Shown here piece after piece: positions 53,601 to 64,000 of a stretch of DNA of 64,000 nt. This DNA is from Balanoglossus misakiensis (taxonomy: Eukaryota; Animalia; Hemichordata), in NCBI GenBank assembly GCA_040954595.2, contig CM082584.2, forward strand, positions 4,716,110 to 4,780,109, in the 5' to 3' direction. The position numbers were made by a program, and so were the translations under genes. Each line of letters opens with the position of its first letter. The stretch's first letter is position 1. A model generated the notes under the pieces. That model worked only from the letters and a program-made list of their open reading frames with translations. It was not told where the DNA came from and did not search any database.

Positions 53601-55116
53601 CACCCAGACCTGTTCACATGCAAAGTGTGTTATTACTCAGTAGGGCCTATAAAAGACCACACAGCCAAACCAGTGAGTTGGTGCATTTTTAAGAGGGTTA
53701 ATTAAACTGCCAAGCTGTGCCTAGTAAGTACATGTATGTCAAATTTTGCATAAGCCATGTCAACATCAGTGTTTCACTAAACTGGGATCTAGCCAATCAC
53801 AGATTTTCAGTGGGTGGCACATGCAAAAAAAGAGCGCCACCATACATTGTATGTTCTTTAGAATGCTCAAATACGCCATTTCAGCCATATATGGGCGTGC
53901 ATGTAAATTGGAGGTGACTGTATTTTGTGACTGCACCAATCACACAATACTGTGTGCCATATAATTAATCTCCACATCAAGATCTGAATATTTACTGGCA
54001 TTGAGAACTTTTTTCAAGGCATGAGTAAATCCCTACATTCACGGGAAATATGTGTTTGCATATGTTCTGATGTCACACCTGACATTCTCATGACCTGCAG
54101 TATGATTGGCAGCTGTGTGAGATACAGAACGGCCACGATAGGCGTTGTTTTCATCAAAATTCAGTGTAAGCATGCTTTCATGTTTGCAGACACTGTAGCA
54201 ACATGACTGAGGAATAGAGTAAGACCACTGGTTCGACTGTCAACACCAAGTTGACTCTCTCCCGTTGCAAAACAATGTTGCAGTGATCAGTGATTGGCAG
54301 TGTGCCCTCTAACAAATATAATTTCCAAAAGTCTGAATGAAATCGATCCAGGCATGTCTGAATATCAGAATAGCAGCTCTGGATGGATTAATACACAGAC
54401 AGACGAATGAATGGAGCGCTCAACCCAAAACTCAATCAAAGTCAGTGTGCACATATGATAGGGAACACATCTATAACATAGTATGACAGCATCATTTCAG
54501 CAAACTCAAAATTTGATCTAGTCATAGGAAGTTCTGGTGCACAGTTAACCTTGGGTTTTCATAAATGGAGAAATTAATTGTAATTTGCCATCTTTATTGT
54601 GTAAGAAGCTGCAATTTATAAATTCTGGCTTTTTGTCATATCCAAGGCTCAACACGGCAAGATCGAGTCACTCGCCACCCTTACTCACGACTGACACAAC
54701 CAGTTAGTCTACACGCATAGATACCAAACACCACCGTGCACTGGCCTGGTAAATCCAAGATGGCTGCCCTTCACAAGACCTCAATCTGCTCTCTCCTTTC
54801 CAGTCGCTTTTCGCCGCCAAAAATCAAACAGTTTCCCACATAAAACGGTACCCGTGTACATGAACGTCTTTGGAATCGCTATATTTGATAATCTACGAAC
54901 TAAAATGTCCCATTACACAATAAAGATGACTTCTCCACCTCCCCTGTTCCATCATATGGAAAACGCAGGACCAACCATATAGAAAAAATAAGTCGGAATT
55001 AATTTTAACGAAAAATCGATCTTACAGATCATTCGAAAAAGTCATTTTCTTACATTCGCATCCTCATCTATTGCTTTCAGCAGCTGCTCCTTGATCTGTT
55101 GTACAGTTGGTGGCAT
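47672..55116 (-). CDS. MED26: Mediator of RNA polymerase II transcription subunit 26 (411 aa)
   Basis: Exons 55116-55054 (MPPTVQQIKEQLLKAIDEDAN), 53257-53183 (VVDLVAVVEVISTLEKYPVTKEALE) and 48769-47672 (ETRLGKLVNEIRRKT...WDGVNGC.D..QWHDW...LHILPYVVLE*): the TFIIS-N-like domain plus the Med26 C-terminal motif. Confidence 0.95.
48835..49216. repeat. Exact 190-bp tandem duplication in MED26 intron 2
   Basis: GATGTGGATAAGGAATTC at 48841 and 49031; the units read as identical. Confidence 0.9.
49677..53077. mobile_element. hAT-like element (CAGGGCTCGAAATTA termini, 5-bp TSD) carrying nested Helentron-like elements
   Basis: TGTAG|CAGGGCTCGAAATTA ... TAATTTCGAGCCCTG|TGTAG; subterminal GGCTACCA/GGACTACCA repeats at both ends. 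Confidence 0.8.
50183..52940. mobile_element. Nested or tandem Helentron-like non-autonomous elements
   Basis: TTAAAGCTGCAAGCAGC start at 50183 and 51399; internal AGGTCAAAGGTCA repeats; two terminal hairpins (TAGGGCCCAAGCG...CGCTTGGGCCCTA near 52846-52879 and TAGGGGCACAAGCC...GGCTTGTGCCCCTA near 52906-52938). Confidence 0.65.
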
Positions 55117-55249
55117 TTGACCGTAATTTGTCGGTCAACTTGCGCCAATGTGAAGTAGTCGTGCTACCTCTCTGACAGTCAGGCATCACGGCACTTCCCA
55201 CTGGGTTTCGACTCAAGCACATATTATGGGATGGTATAGCACCCGAAGA

Positions 55250-55257
55250 TGACGTCA
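55250..55257. promoter_or_regulatory. CRE palindrome TGACGTCA upstream of the MED26 start codon
   Basis: Perfect CRE about 135 bp upstream of the ATG; the CCGAAGATGAC(G/A)TCA motif is repeated at about 55273-55288. Confidence 0.45.
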
Positions 55258-55906
55258 AACTACCGAAAATTGCCGAAGATGACATCACCACGATTTTGGA
55301 ATGTACCACATATCAAACATATAGGGGGTGTGCCACCCAATGAATTGCTGTAAAACTGAGTAATCTGTTCCAATTACGTCTGAGATTTGAAACACATTCG
55401 TTTAAATAATCATACCTCATGTCAAATAGATGTGAACATTGATTTTCCGTGAGGACACAAACAGAAGCATATTCTAGTGAACCAACGACTCCCCCAACAG
55501 TAGTGGTTGAGTGCTCTTGTTCAATGTGTAACGCTGCTGGCGCTAGATGATATAAACCCGAACATGTTCACATTATTTTTTGTGATAGTGCAGACGAGAC
55601 CGGTTCGAGCGTGAACGTTCGTGTGAACCGATGGGAAAAAATGAACAGGAAGCAGCGATTTACACCTTATCTATGTTTATGTGAATCGGTTTATTGTCAG
55701 TCGGAGCATTTAAACAGATGTGAAAAGTACTATTCATGTAGTAAGCTCTAGCTCTACGAGTACGAGTATTTTCGGCTTGTCCTGCGATCTTTTATGCATA
55801 GAAAGAAAGGTCATTCAGCCAGTGACCGCAAAATGACCTTAGGGCCGTCACCAGTATACAACTATGCGCCTTTCTGACCGGGTAATTTCCATATTTTGAT
55901 GTTTCC

Positions 55907-57414
55907 TAGACTATCTCCACACAGCCCACGGTTCGCTACAAGGCTCTTCACTGATGCGCCCTCAACTGTTTAGCAAAGGAGAAGCCCCATATGGTGTTGT
56001 GTAGCGAACCTCTCGCCGGGCACACTAGTCTCGGTTACCCAAACGCCTTTGCTTCTTCCGATGCTCTCCAGAAAAGGGTCTGGGGAAATACTATTGAAAG
56101 CTTTGTAAAATAAACAAAATGGCCGATGTCAGGATTTTGATCATTGCCTGATTGGCTGAGCTATCAGTATGACCCGGGTCACTGACTCTCGACAATGTGT
56201 GATTATTTGTCGTCTCTTCATATCAAGAGACCGGTACTTTTTGGTTGATGCGAAAGGCAAAAGGCGTCCTCTGTTAGCATTGTTGGAGAAATTATACGAA
56301 ATATCTTTGGTAGACGATTGTCGAAACTATTGCAGTGACCCGGGTCATACTAACAGCTCAGCCAATCAGGCGATGATCAAAATCCTGACATCGGCCATTT
56401 TGTTTTACAAAGCTTTCAATAGTCTCGGTTACCCAGACGCCTTTGCTTCTTCCGATGCTTTTTCTGGAGAGCATCGGAAGAAGCAAAGGCGTCTGGGTAA
56501 CCGAGACTAAGCTTTCAATAGTATTTCCCCAGACCCTTTTCTGGAGAGCATCGGAAGAAGCAAAGGCGTCTGGGTAACCGAGACTACGGGCACACTAGTC
56601 TCGGTTACCCAGTTCGCTGAACACTGCGTCTCACGTGACTTGGCAAAAAGACGCGTCACGAAGATAGACGCAGATAAACGCCGACCGCCATTTTGAAAAG
56701 TGTTAGTTTTTTGACACTTTCCCGGAAGTGGCTAATGCGCATACCAGCCAATATTTGTGTCAGTAGTTGTATTGATTTTAGCTTCACACAATCATAAACT
56801 GTTGGTTTATTAAAAATATGTACATTCGGGAAGAGTAAAAATGAATGTCAAGAAACGCGACGGATTGAATGTAGCCCGGAAGTTATAGAACGTTCATTTA
56901 TTAGCCAATCAGATTCCAAAATTCTAAATATGGCGGTTTGTGTTTACCTGCCTCTTTGGTGTTTGTCACCGAGGCAGGGTACCAGCCAAGGTTACCCAGA
57001 CTCTCTTACTCTTTCTCTCGTCTCCAGAGGGCGCTGCTCTTTCTCGCGCAGCGCCCTCTGGAGACGAGAGAAAGAGTAAGAGAGTCTGGGTAACCGAGAC
57101 TACGGGCACACATGCAATCAGTCCATAAGCCTGCATGGACGACGAGAGGGGCTGTGAGAGAGTCTAGATGTTTCCTAGACTTGCTCCAAGTCTATGGGCT
57201 TCGATTCATTATGTGTAGGGAACGCGTAGGGCTTGGTCGACGCATGAAACCACAAGCTCAGTCTCAAATTCGAAACTCACCTCACTAACAAAAACACGCT
57301 CAAGGCAAGCATGCACGCAAAAAGTATTGCATTTATTTATTAAGACAAAAAACCACCGAAAACACAAAAAGTATTGAGATTTAAAAATCACCAAGCGACT
57401 AGTGTTCTAGTCCA
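55907..57414. mobile_element. Cluster of five nested/tandem TAG...CTA non-autonomous elements with 9-bp TSDs (AcademH-type)
   Basis: TSD GATGTTTCC at 55898, 57167 and 57415; CGGGCACAC at 56017, 56587 and 57103; AGCTTTCAA at 56411 and 56510. Confidence 0.85.
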
Positions 57415-59302
57415 GATGTTTCCTGAAACCCACGCACTTGTAGGTATGGCCGGCCCAACATAATTTTTTACATGAGGGGTTGACCATTTGATATCGGTGG
57501 GAGGGGGGTGTACAAACCTTCTTTGATATTATTTCCATATTAACTTGATGGACATGAACGACCAAAGTTTCACAAGTACTTTTAAAGATTCAATTTCTCC
57601 ATCTGCGCTCATGCAAGACACGAGCAATTGAGCGACCTCTGATTTTCATATTGCATAACGACATGCAAATCTTATTGAATGAAACATCTGTCACAGCCCA
57701 AGGAAGCCCATAATTCGTTATATCTGAACTTATAGAAGCTTGAAACAGGTCACCGTGACCAGGGATGTTACTCTGTTAACGAGTTGTGCAGTCGCTAAAA
57801 GCTAAATCTCCGAACTAACACTTTTCAAAGCAATTTGAAAATTAAATTGAACCATTTTTATTACATTTTTGTTTCTGGTTCCAGTCCTGTGCACGCTTAT
57901 ATTTCGTGTAATTTTAAGGTTTTATTTTACATATTGTGTTTGTCACTACTGCAATGGTTAGTGCACAAATCGGGATAAATCGGGATAAATGATTGATTGG
58001 TTGATTGAGTGATAATTACACTTTGAACATTTTGCAAAATAGTCAGCCACTCACGCATTACGTCATCAAAATACATGTGCAACATTTCGATTTCGCTGTA
58101 ATTTGAAAAATCGAACAAAATACACACAGGGGGACTTACCGCTTGCCTCACATGAATAGTGTGTAGTCTAGTCAATAAACGTTTTTTTCGTGATTTTGAA
58201 GTTTAAAACTATTTCATGTACATGAAGAACCATTTTGGAATAGTATTTGACATGGGCAGTTTTCATAATTTACATAAATTCAATATGGCGGACAGTATCA
58301 GTCCTAGAAAAACATTTCGTAAAACAAGGGTCACTTCAATGTTGCTGTCTCAATTTCTGAAGTGGTCATTTTATTAAATTATGAAAATAAACAACAAAAC
58401 AAGAAAGCACACAGCAGACAAACGATTCTTTACATGAACGTGCACATTGTCACAAAACTACCTCATTATTCCAACTTTATTTACTTTACAATTTCCAAGT
58501 TTATTTACTTTACAATTTCCAACTTTATTTACTTTACAATTTCCTACTTTATTTACTTTAAAAAAATGTATACAATTTATATGCAGTCTGGTACCGTGAA
58601 TGGAGTGGGGTTAATTAAGCAGCAAAATGTATAACGGTGTGGTTGCTTTCCTTTAGAAGATATATTTGACTTCCATCCTGAGTGAACAAATACTAAGTAG
58701 TTCCTTCTTTTGCTTACATTTTCAAAAGAAGTGACAATCTTTTTCTCCCCGAGTATTATCTGTCCGGAGGATGGATCAGTCGGACATTTTGAAATCGTGT
58801 TTAATAAAGTATACATTTCAGACCATAATACTTTTTCACCGCCTGTAAACGGATGCAATTGTTTGATTGTGTCCATGCTGTGATGCCAACACAGGATTAA
58901 AACCTTGATACGTGAAGAGATGAACCTTTGCCCAGTGTTGAGTCTAAAAGGCCAGAAAATTCACAAGATGTCAAGTCTATACAAGTTAGGGTCATGTGAC
59001 AACTTTGACGATCCAAGACTTAGTGCAAAATCGATGTTACAAACAGTCCTGTATATACTGGAGACTCGGAGGGGGTAGAATGAAAATCCGGGCTCCCTTT
59101 TAACCGTGTACATGTACATGCAGCTACGTCTTCACAGCACTACATTGTTACAGACCTGTACAACATCCCCAGTTACATCAACTCGTCGTCGTCGCTGACG
59201 CACGTACGGTGTTATCCGACATCTTCAAGGGCAATGTAGACGTCGACACAAACACACTTCGCGTTATGTGGACATGCAGAAAGTCTCGGTCAGAAAGTCT
59301 GA

Positions 59303-60328
59303 CTACACTGAACTGTCTACGAGTATTTCGTTATTTGTAGATACTTGTTGGCGTGGTGTTAAGTCGTTCCTAACAGTATAAACTGGATGGACCCTCCTGG
59401 TTGTCCGTGCTGTTAACCCCGTCGGCTGCTGGGGGTTGCCGCGACGCTTCAGATATCGACGGAAATGTTTTGACATGAGCGCGTATACAACTGGATTGAC
59501 GACGTTACCCACCAGCAAAATCATCAGCAAGAGGTTGACGGTGTGAAGGTTCACAGGATGGCTTCTCTGCACCCGAAAGAAGTAAAGCGATAATGGCAAT
59601 GAAGTGACGTAGAAGGAGACCACCAATGTGAGGGACACCTTAAACGTTGCAATGTCCGTTCTCTCAGCAGAGACGCTCTGCTGGGCGAGCCACGGGGCTA
59701 CAGATTGCCGGTGACACCTCATCTTGAGGCAAATACAAGTGTACGCTACTGTAATCGTCGCAGAGCACACCAAGATGATGATCATTCCAAAATATAGCAT
59801 GAGGTAATTGGTGGTCGTCTCCAAACGCGGATTGAAACACGAAACGTAACTTTCGCCTCCTGTGATTATCTTCACAGCGGCTGCTGCAAAGCTGATGATA
59901 TAGTTCAGAATGACAAACGCTTTGATGACCGTTTGCAAAGACTCCTTCGAACAGTTTCCAACTATGGCAAGTGCCCGTGTCACGCCCAATGTCGCCAGAG
60001 TAGTCACGCTGCCAATCGAAGATAGGTTTATTATGAAAGTCTGTGCCTTGCAGAGTATAAGGTAGTCTTCGTCCAACGTCAGTTCATCTGTCTTCTCACG
60101 AAGGACTTTCACGGAGAGGATCAAACGTATAGGTGAGACGAAAACGCAGGCAATGCCGTCCATAATAGCCAGAGACACCAGTTGATAGTTGCTCGGTGTT
60201 CGCATTTTCTTGTTGGCAAAGACAATATAGCAAACCATGGCATTGCCAATGATTCCAATGAAGGTAATCAATATGTACATGACACAACAAAACATGTCTA
60301 TCAATAGGTCAGTCGTACCTAGAGACAT
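59303..60328 (-). CDS. Intronless orphan rhodopsin-family (class A) GPCR, 341 aa
   Basis: Seven hydrophobic segments; GN in TM1 (GIIGNAMV), LA..D in TM2, Cys at the top of TM3, NPVVY in TM7 and helix 8 (SKHFRRYL). Confidence 0.9.
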   Translation of the reverse strand: MSLGTTDLLIDMFCCVMYILITFIGIIGNAMVCYIVFANKKMRTPSNYQLVSLAIMDGIACVFVSPIRLILSVKVLREKTDELTLDEDYLILCKAQTFIINLSSIGSVTTLATLGVTRALAIVGNCSKESLQTVIKAFVILNYIISFAAAAVKIITGGESYVSCFNPRLETTTNYLMLYFGMIIILVCSATITVAYTCICLKMRCHRQSVAPWLAQQSVSAERTDIATFKVSLTLVVSFYVTSLPLSLYFFRVQRSHPVNLHTVNLLLMILLVGNVVNPVVYALMSKHFRRYLKRRGNPQQPTGLTARTTRRVHPVYTVRNDLTPRQQVSTNNEILVDSSV

Positions 60329-60537
60329 TGTAGCAACGCCACGCCGGCAACAAAAATGTTATGAGAGATGCCAGTGACACTTGGTGTAGTTCCATCTGAC
60401 CACATGCACATCATTCTGTCGTAATGTCTTATGAGCATATTATTATCCAATCAGTACTATCTTCTCGCATAGCAGCTCTCTGTAGCGGGGCATATTTCCA
60501 TGGCAACCGAGGTGACACAGAATGTTAAGATCATTAA

Positions 60538-61332
60538 GATGGGTCCCTAGGATCTTTTTGCTCGTTGCTATGGGCCTTTATAGGACACTACACTCAATTT
60601 TGATCGAAACCGTTATGAACGTCCGACAAGGGGCTTGTAACTAGTTAAAAATACGCACGATTGTGTGCACACCCCCTGTCTGAGTATGTTTACGGCAGCT
60701 ACCGCCCGGCCATAGGCCGCCACGCTAATACGGCAAAGCAGCGGTCAGCGATAGCGTGCGCGTCCTGTAACCACAGTAACTGGATCGAACGCTAAAAATC
60801 CAATGTTTTGTACACAGAGATTTTGTACCGTTCACGAAAATCCCTAAGGCTTTTTTCACAGGCGACGTAGGCCAGCCAAATTTGACCTGCTTGTTGAGAA
60901 CGCACTTCCGCATAGTGTGACGGATCGTTTTTTCGGTTTTCGTCGTGCTAAGAAGCGATACCAGTGGAAGAGTGCGTCCAAAAACACCCAAAATCGATGA
61001 CTTTTTCAGGTGTGGTACGGGTATGCTGAAATCGTAGGATACAACGATAATATTCGAAAACAAAATCCGTCACGATCTTCCCTGGTTCAAGCAACTAATG
61101 AATACGTATCAAGTTCGTTTTTGAGGTCACGGAATAAAAAGCCTTAGGCTTTTGAAATTTGACCTAACTAATTTGCATATCAATGGCGTCAGGGGGCGCG
61201 CGCTCACAATCGTGCGTATTTTTAACTAGTTACCAGCCCCTTGTTAGACTCTGAAAACGGCTTAGTCCAAATCGGGGTGTAATGTCCTATAAAGGCCCAT
61301 AGCAACGGGCAAAAAGATCCTAGGGACCCATC
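60538..61332. mobile_element. Kolobok-like non-autonomous element with long TIRs
   Basis: TTAA|GATGGGTCCCTAGGATCTTTTTGC ... GCAAAAAGATCCTAGGGACCCATC|TTAA; diverged partial copy at ~7225-7475. Confidence 0.8.
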
Positions 61333-61430
61333 TTAAGCACGTTGCAAATCTACCGTAAGTGTTCAGCGCAAACTAGACTGACACCTTGACAAGGTGGTCA
61401 GGTATGGTCAACTGGAATCGACAACTCAGT

Positions 61431-61600
61431 GCAACACAACACAACACAACACAACACAACACAACACAACACAACACAACACAACACAACACAACACAAC
61501 ACAACACAACACAACAAAACAAAACAAAACAAAACACGACACATCACAAAACGACACAACAAAACACGACACAATTACACAACACAACGCCACACAGCAC
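61431..61600. repeat. (CAACA)n/(CAAAA)n microsatellite
   Basis: Direct reading. Confidence 0.95.
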
Positions 61601-62402
61601 AAAGGCAACAAAACATGAGCTACACGAGACATAAAGATAAAGCGAAATCTCTAATACTCATTGAATTATGAATATTGCCTTGATTCGTCCTCGATTTTTA
61701 TGAAAACATTTTATTCCCCCCACAAAAAAAAATCATTAAAACTGTAGACAATGTAAGATTTACTACATTCGAGCCAGGACATACTTTAAATCGACCTGAT
61801 TTGCTCACATTTGAAGTCTCTGTCGCTGTAAATCGTACAAATCTATATAAATATTTACAGATATGGGAAATTCGTTTTTGCCCGTTTTTGTTTAAATTTA
61901 ATGTGAAAATGTGGTCAACATGATGTGACGCAGAATATACAATATCACTCGTGAAAATAACATCCTAGATCGGTCGCAGAGGTCATTGAGTTCTGTCAAA
62001 TTATTGATAGTAAATAAGCAACGATTAACATTGCTATACTTTTTAAAACTTATTATTTTACCAAACTCTGGTAGATATCTCCTTTTTGGCACTTTCGACA
62101 TTTATGCTATTTTTTCCTGTCTCACTGTCCGGTACCATTTCAGCTTTAGCAATTCAAGTACATTATGGCCGAAGAATAGCTGTGACTGTGTTGATATACT
62201 CATAGCAGTAAGATGTGTGGGTCTGCATGCGCGATTTTTGCAGGCAGTTGTTCTTTTGTTTTGTTTTTATGCAGATACATTGTCGGAAGAAACTCTTGAT
62301 TCATTTGCTGAGGTGGTTGTTTGGGGACGGTGGGGGACGGTTTTGTCGCAATTATTGTGGCTGTTGGAATGGTGCGTGATCTTGAACTTCTTCCTATCTG
62401 CC

Positions 62403-62637
62403 TTATGACACGCCTTCTCTTGTTGTTGGTTGTGTGACACTACTGCAGCCATGGTACACTTGAACCGCAGCAGGTGAGTTTGAATATGCATTCGGTTGTG
62501 ATGGGTATTGGTCATCTGAAATTTGAAAATACGCTAATGCTTTCAAAGTTCTCCACAATATAACAAGTTGAATACAATGCATGCAATTACATTGTACTAC
62601 ATCGAACCACCTTTTCATCACACGTGATCACGTCCGT

Positions 62638-62675
<38 letters not shown>

Positions 62676-63955
62676 GGAGGTTTGGCTTATAGTGCTTACA
62701 TGACTTTTATTGTACACCTTTGCTTGTTTCTTTAATGTTTGTGGTAGATTCGAATGCCATAAAACAAGAGGAGGCCAGAGCACAAGAAACATATTCCATT
62801 CCGAGTCTGACATTTTAAGGGGTAATATACTACACTATGCTTAATTAAGATACACTGTTTAATACATTTCAATAACTAACCTGCTGATAGGGGGCCGTCA
62901 CGTTCCACAGACAATTCTTGCATATGAACACGTATCTGTGAGAATAAAAGAATATAACGATTTTCTAGTGTGATTATAATGAACGCAGAAATTAGCATCA
63001 ATAACTTCAAAGGAAACAAACGCCCATTATTACTGCAAACGTTGTGAGTGAACCAACGCAAACAATGATATCACGAAAATAGCCTTGCCTAATATGCGTT
63101 TGTCAAAGTCCCAAAAAGTCTTATACCACTGTGTCTTCTCGAATAAATTACTAACCCCATTCTGGCGTTGCTGACAGAGAGCTCTGCAACAGAACACAGA
63201 TGAAACGACAGCAATAACCGCTGAAACCACAGCAACAGACACCAACAGAGCATCGACTGCAATTCTTACGCCCTGTGAAATACAGCGCGAGAAGTTATAT
63301 TAATGGGAACTGAGTATTCAGATGCTGCGTAAGTGTAAGTGGTTTTGTCGGAGGAAAAGATAAAGGGGGGGGGGGGGTCACATTTTCCAAACGCCACGTG
63401 TATGAACCGGTGCCTTAACAGTTATGTTTCATATTCCATGACAAGTGCATATTCTATTTTGAAGCCCTGAAACCTCAGTTGTTTTTTTCTAGCGAAAACT
63501 GGCGACTTGCGGTTGCCTATTATTTTTTAGGCCTACAGTGGTCTGTAGGCCTAAGATTGGTTGCAGTTGTTTTGAAGAGCGGCCTTGATTGGCTGTATTG
63601 TTTCCTGAGGTATAATTTCCGCGCGTTCATGTGACCTATTGTGCAAATGTCATGCGCAAACTTAGCCTCTGGCAAGGAGGAGGTGACGAAAGGAAATGAT
63701 GCCGGGTCCACGGATATGAGCAGGGGACGGTTGGAGCGCAGTTAATTGTCTTTCATTCTTGCCAGCCGATGCAACTGGCGTGGGTGGTGGGGAAAGTGTT
63801 AAGTGTCTTGCAAGAATCATTTGTGACGTACTTACTTCCTCCGCTCGGTAATATTCCCAGTCTTCTTCAACCAACATCGAAAACACAGAGAAAATCACCA
63901 GCAGGGGTGAAAACACCACCGCCGCCACGATCGATAAGGCCATGAACGTGATAAT
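62403..63955 (-). CDS. MS4A/CD20-like tetraspan membrane protein, 3' exons (5'-partial)
   Basis: Exons 63955-63836 (IITFMALSIVAAVVFSPLLVIFSVF...), 63272-63156 (GVRIAVDALLVSVAVVSAVIAVVSSVFCCRALC), 62935-62881 and 62515-62403 join in frame. The TM3/TM4 pattern ending S.FCC resembles the CD20-like family. Confidence 0.65.
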
Positions 63956-64000
63956 CTGTTAATGATAGATCAACAGAGGAATCAATCTGAAGCATCATTT

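Noticed and set aside
55898-57423. CRISPR-like repeat-spacer array
   Set aside because: The repeats are 9-bp TSDs and the 'spacers' are TIR elements of 90-560 bp; the context is eukaryotic with no cas genes.
58577-58876. 99-aa ORF downstream of the GPCR
   Set aside because: No recognisable motif or splice context.
59303-60328. Opsin
   Set aside because: No retinal-binding lysine in TM7.
61386-61671. Repetitive ORFs (TQHN/VVLCC)
   Set aside because: Translation of a pentanucleotide microsatellite.

Overview
AT-rich, intron-containing animal DNA, most likely a marine invertebrate deuterostome such as a hemichordate (inference from gene content and repeat types). Genes: the 3' 19 exons of IBTK (+, 549-12474); a complete RIMOC1/C5orf51 (-, 13945-16600); a signal peptide-IgV-IgC2-TM gene (+, from 32849); a complete 3-exon MED26 (-, 47672-55116); an intronless orphan class A GPCR (-, 59303-60328); and the 3' part of an MS4A/CD20-like gene (-, 62403-63955). 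Mobile DNA: a 7.4-kb decayed Academ (XPG-type) DNA transposon (19537-26904), a fragmented L2/CR1-group LINE whose 3' ORF2 segment is amplified 6 x 296 bp, Helentron-like elements, TTAA-flanked Kolobok-like MITEs and two CAG-ended elements with 5-bp TSDs. The most unusual structure is a nested and tandem stack of five TAG...CTA elements (55898-57423) in which the same 9-bp target sites were duplicated repeatedly. A smaller case of target re-use sits in RIMOC1 intron 1. All calls come from reading the sequence and recalling family motifs; no searches were run.
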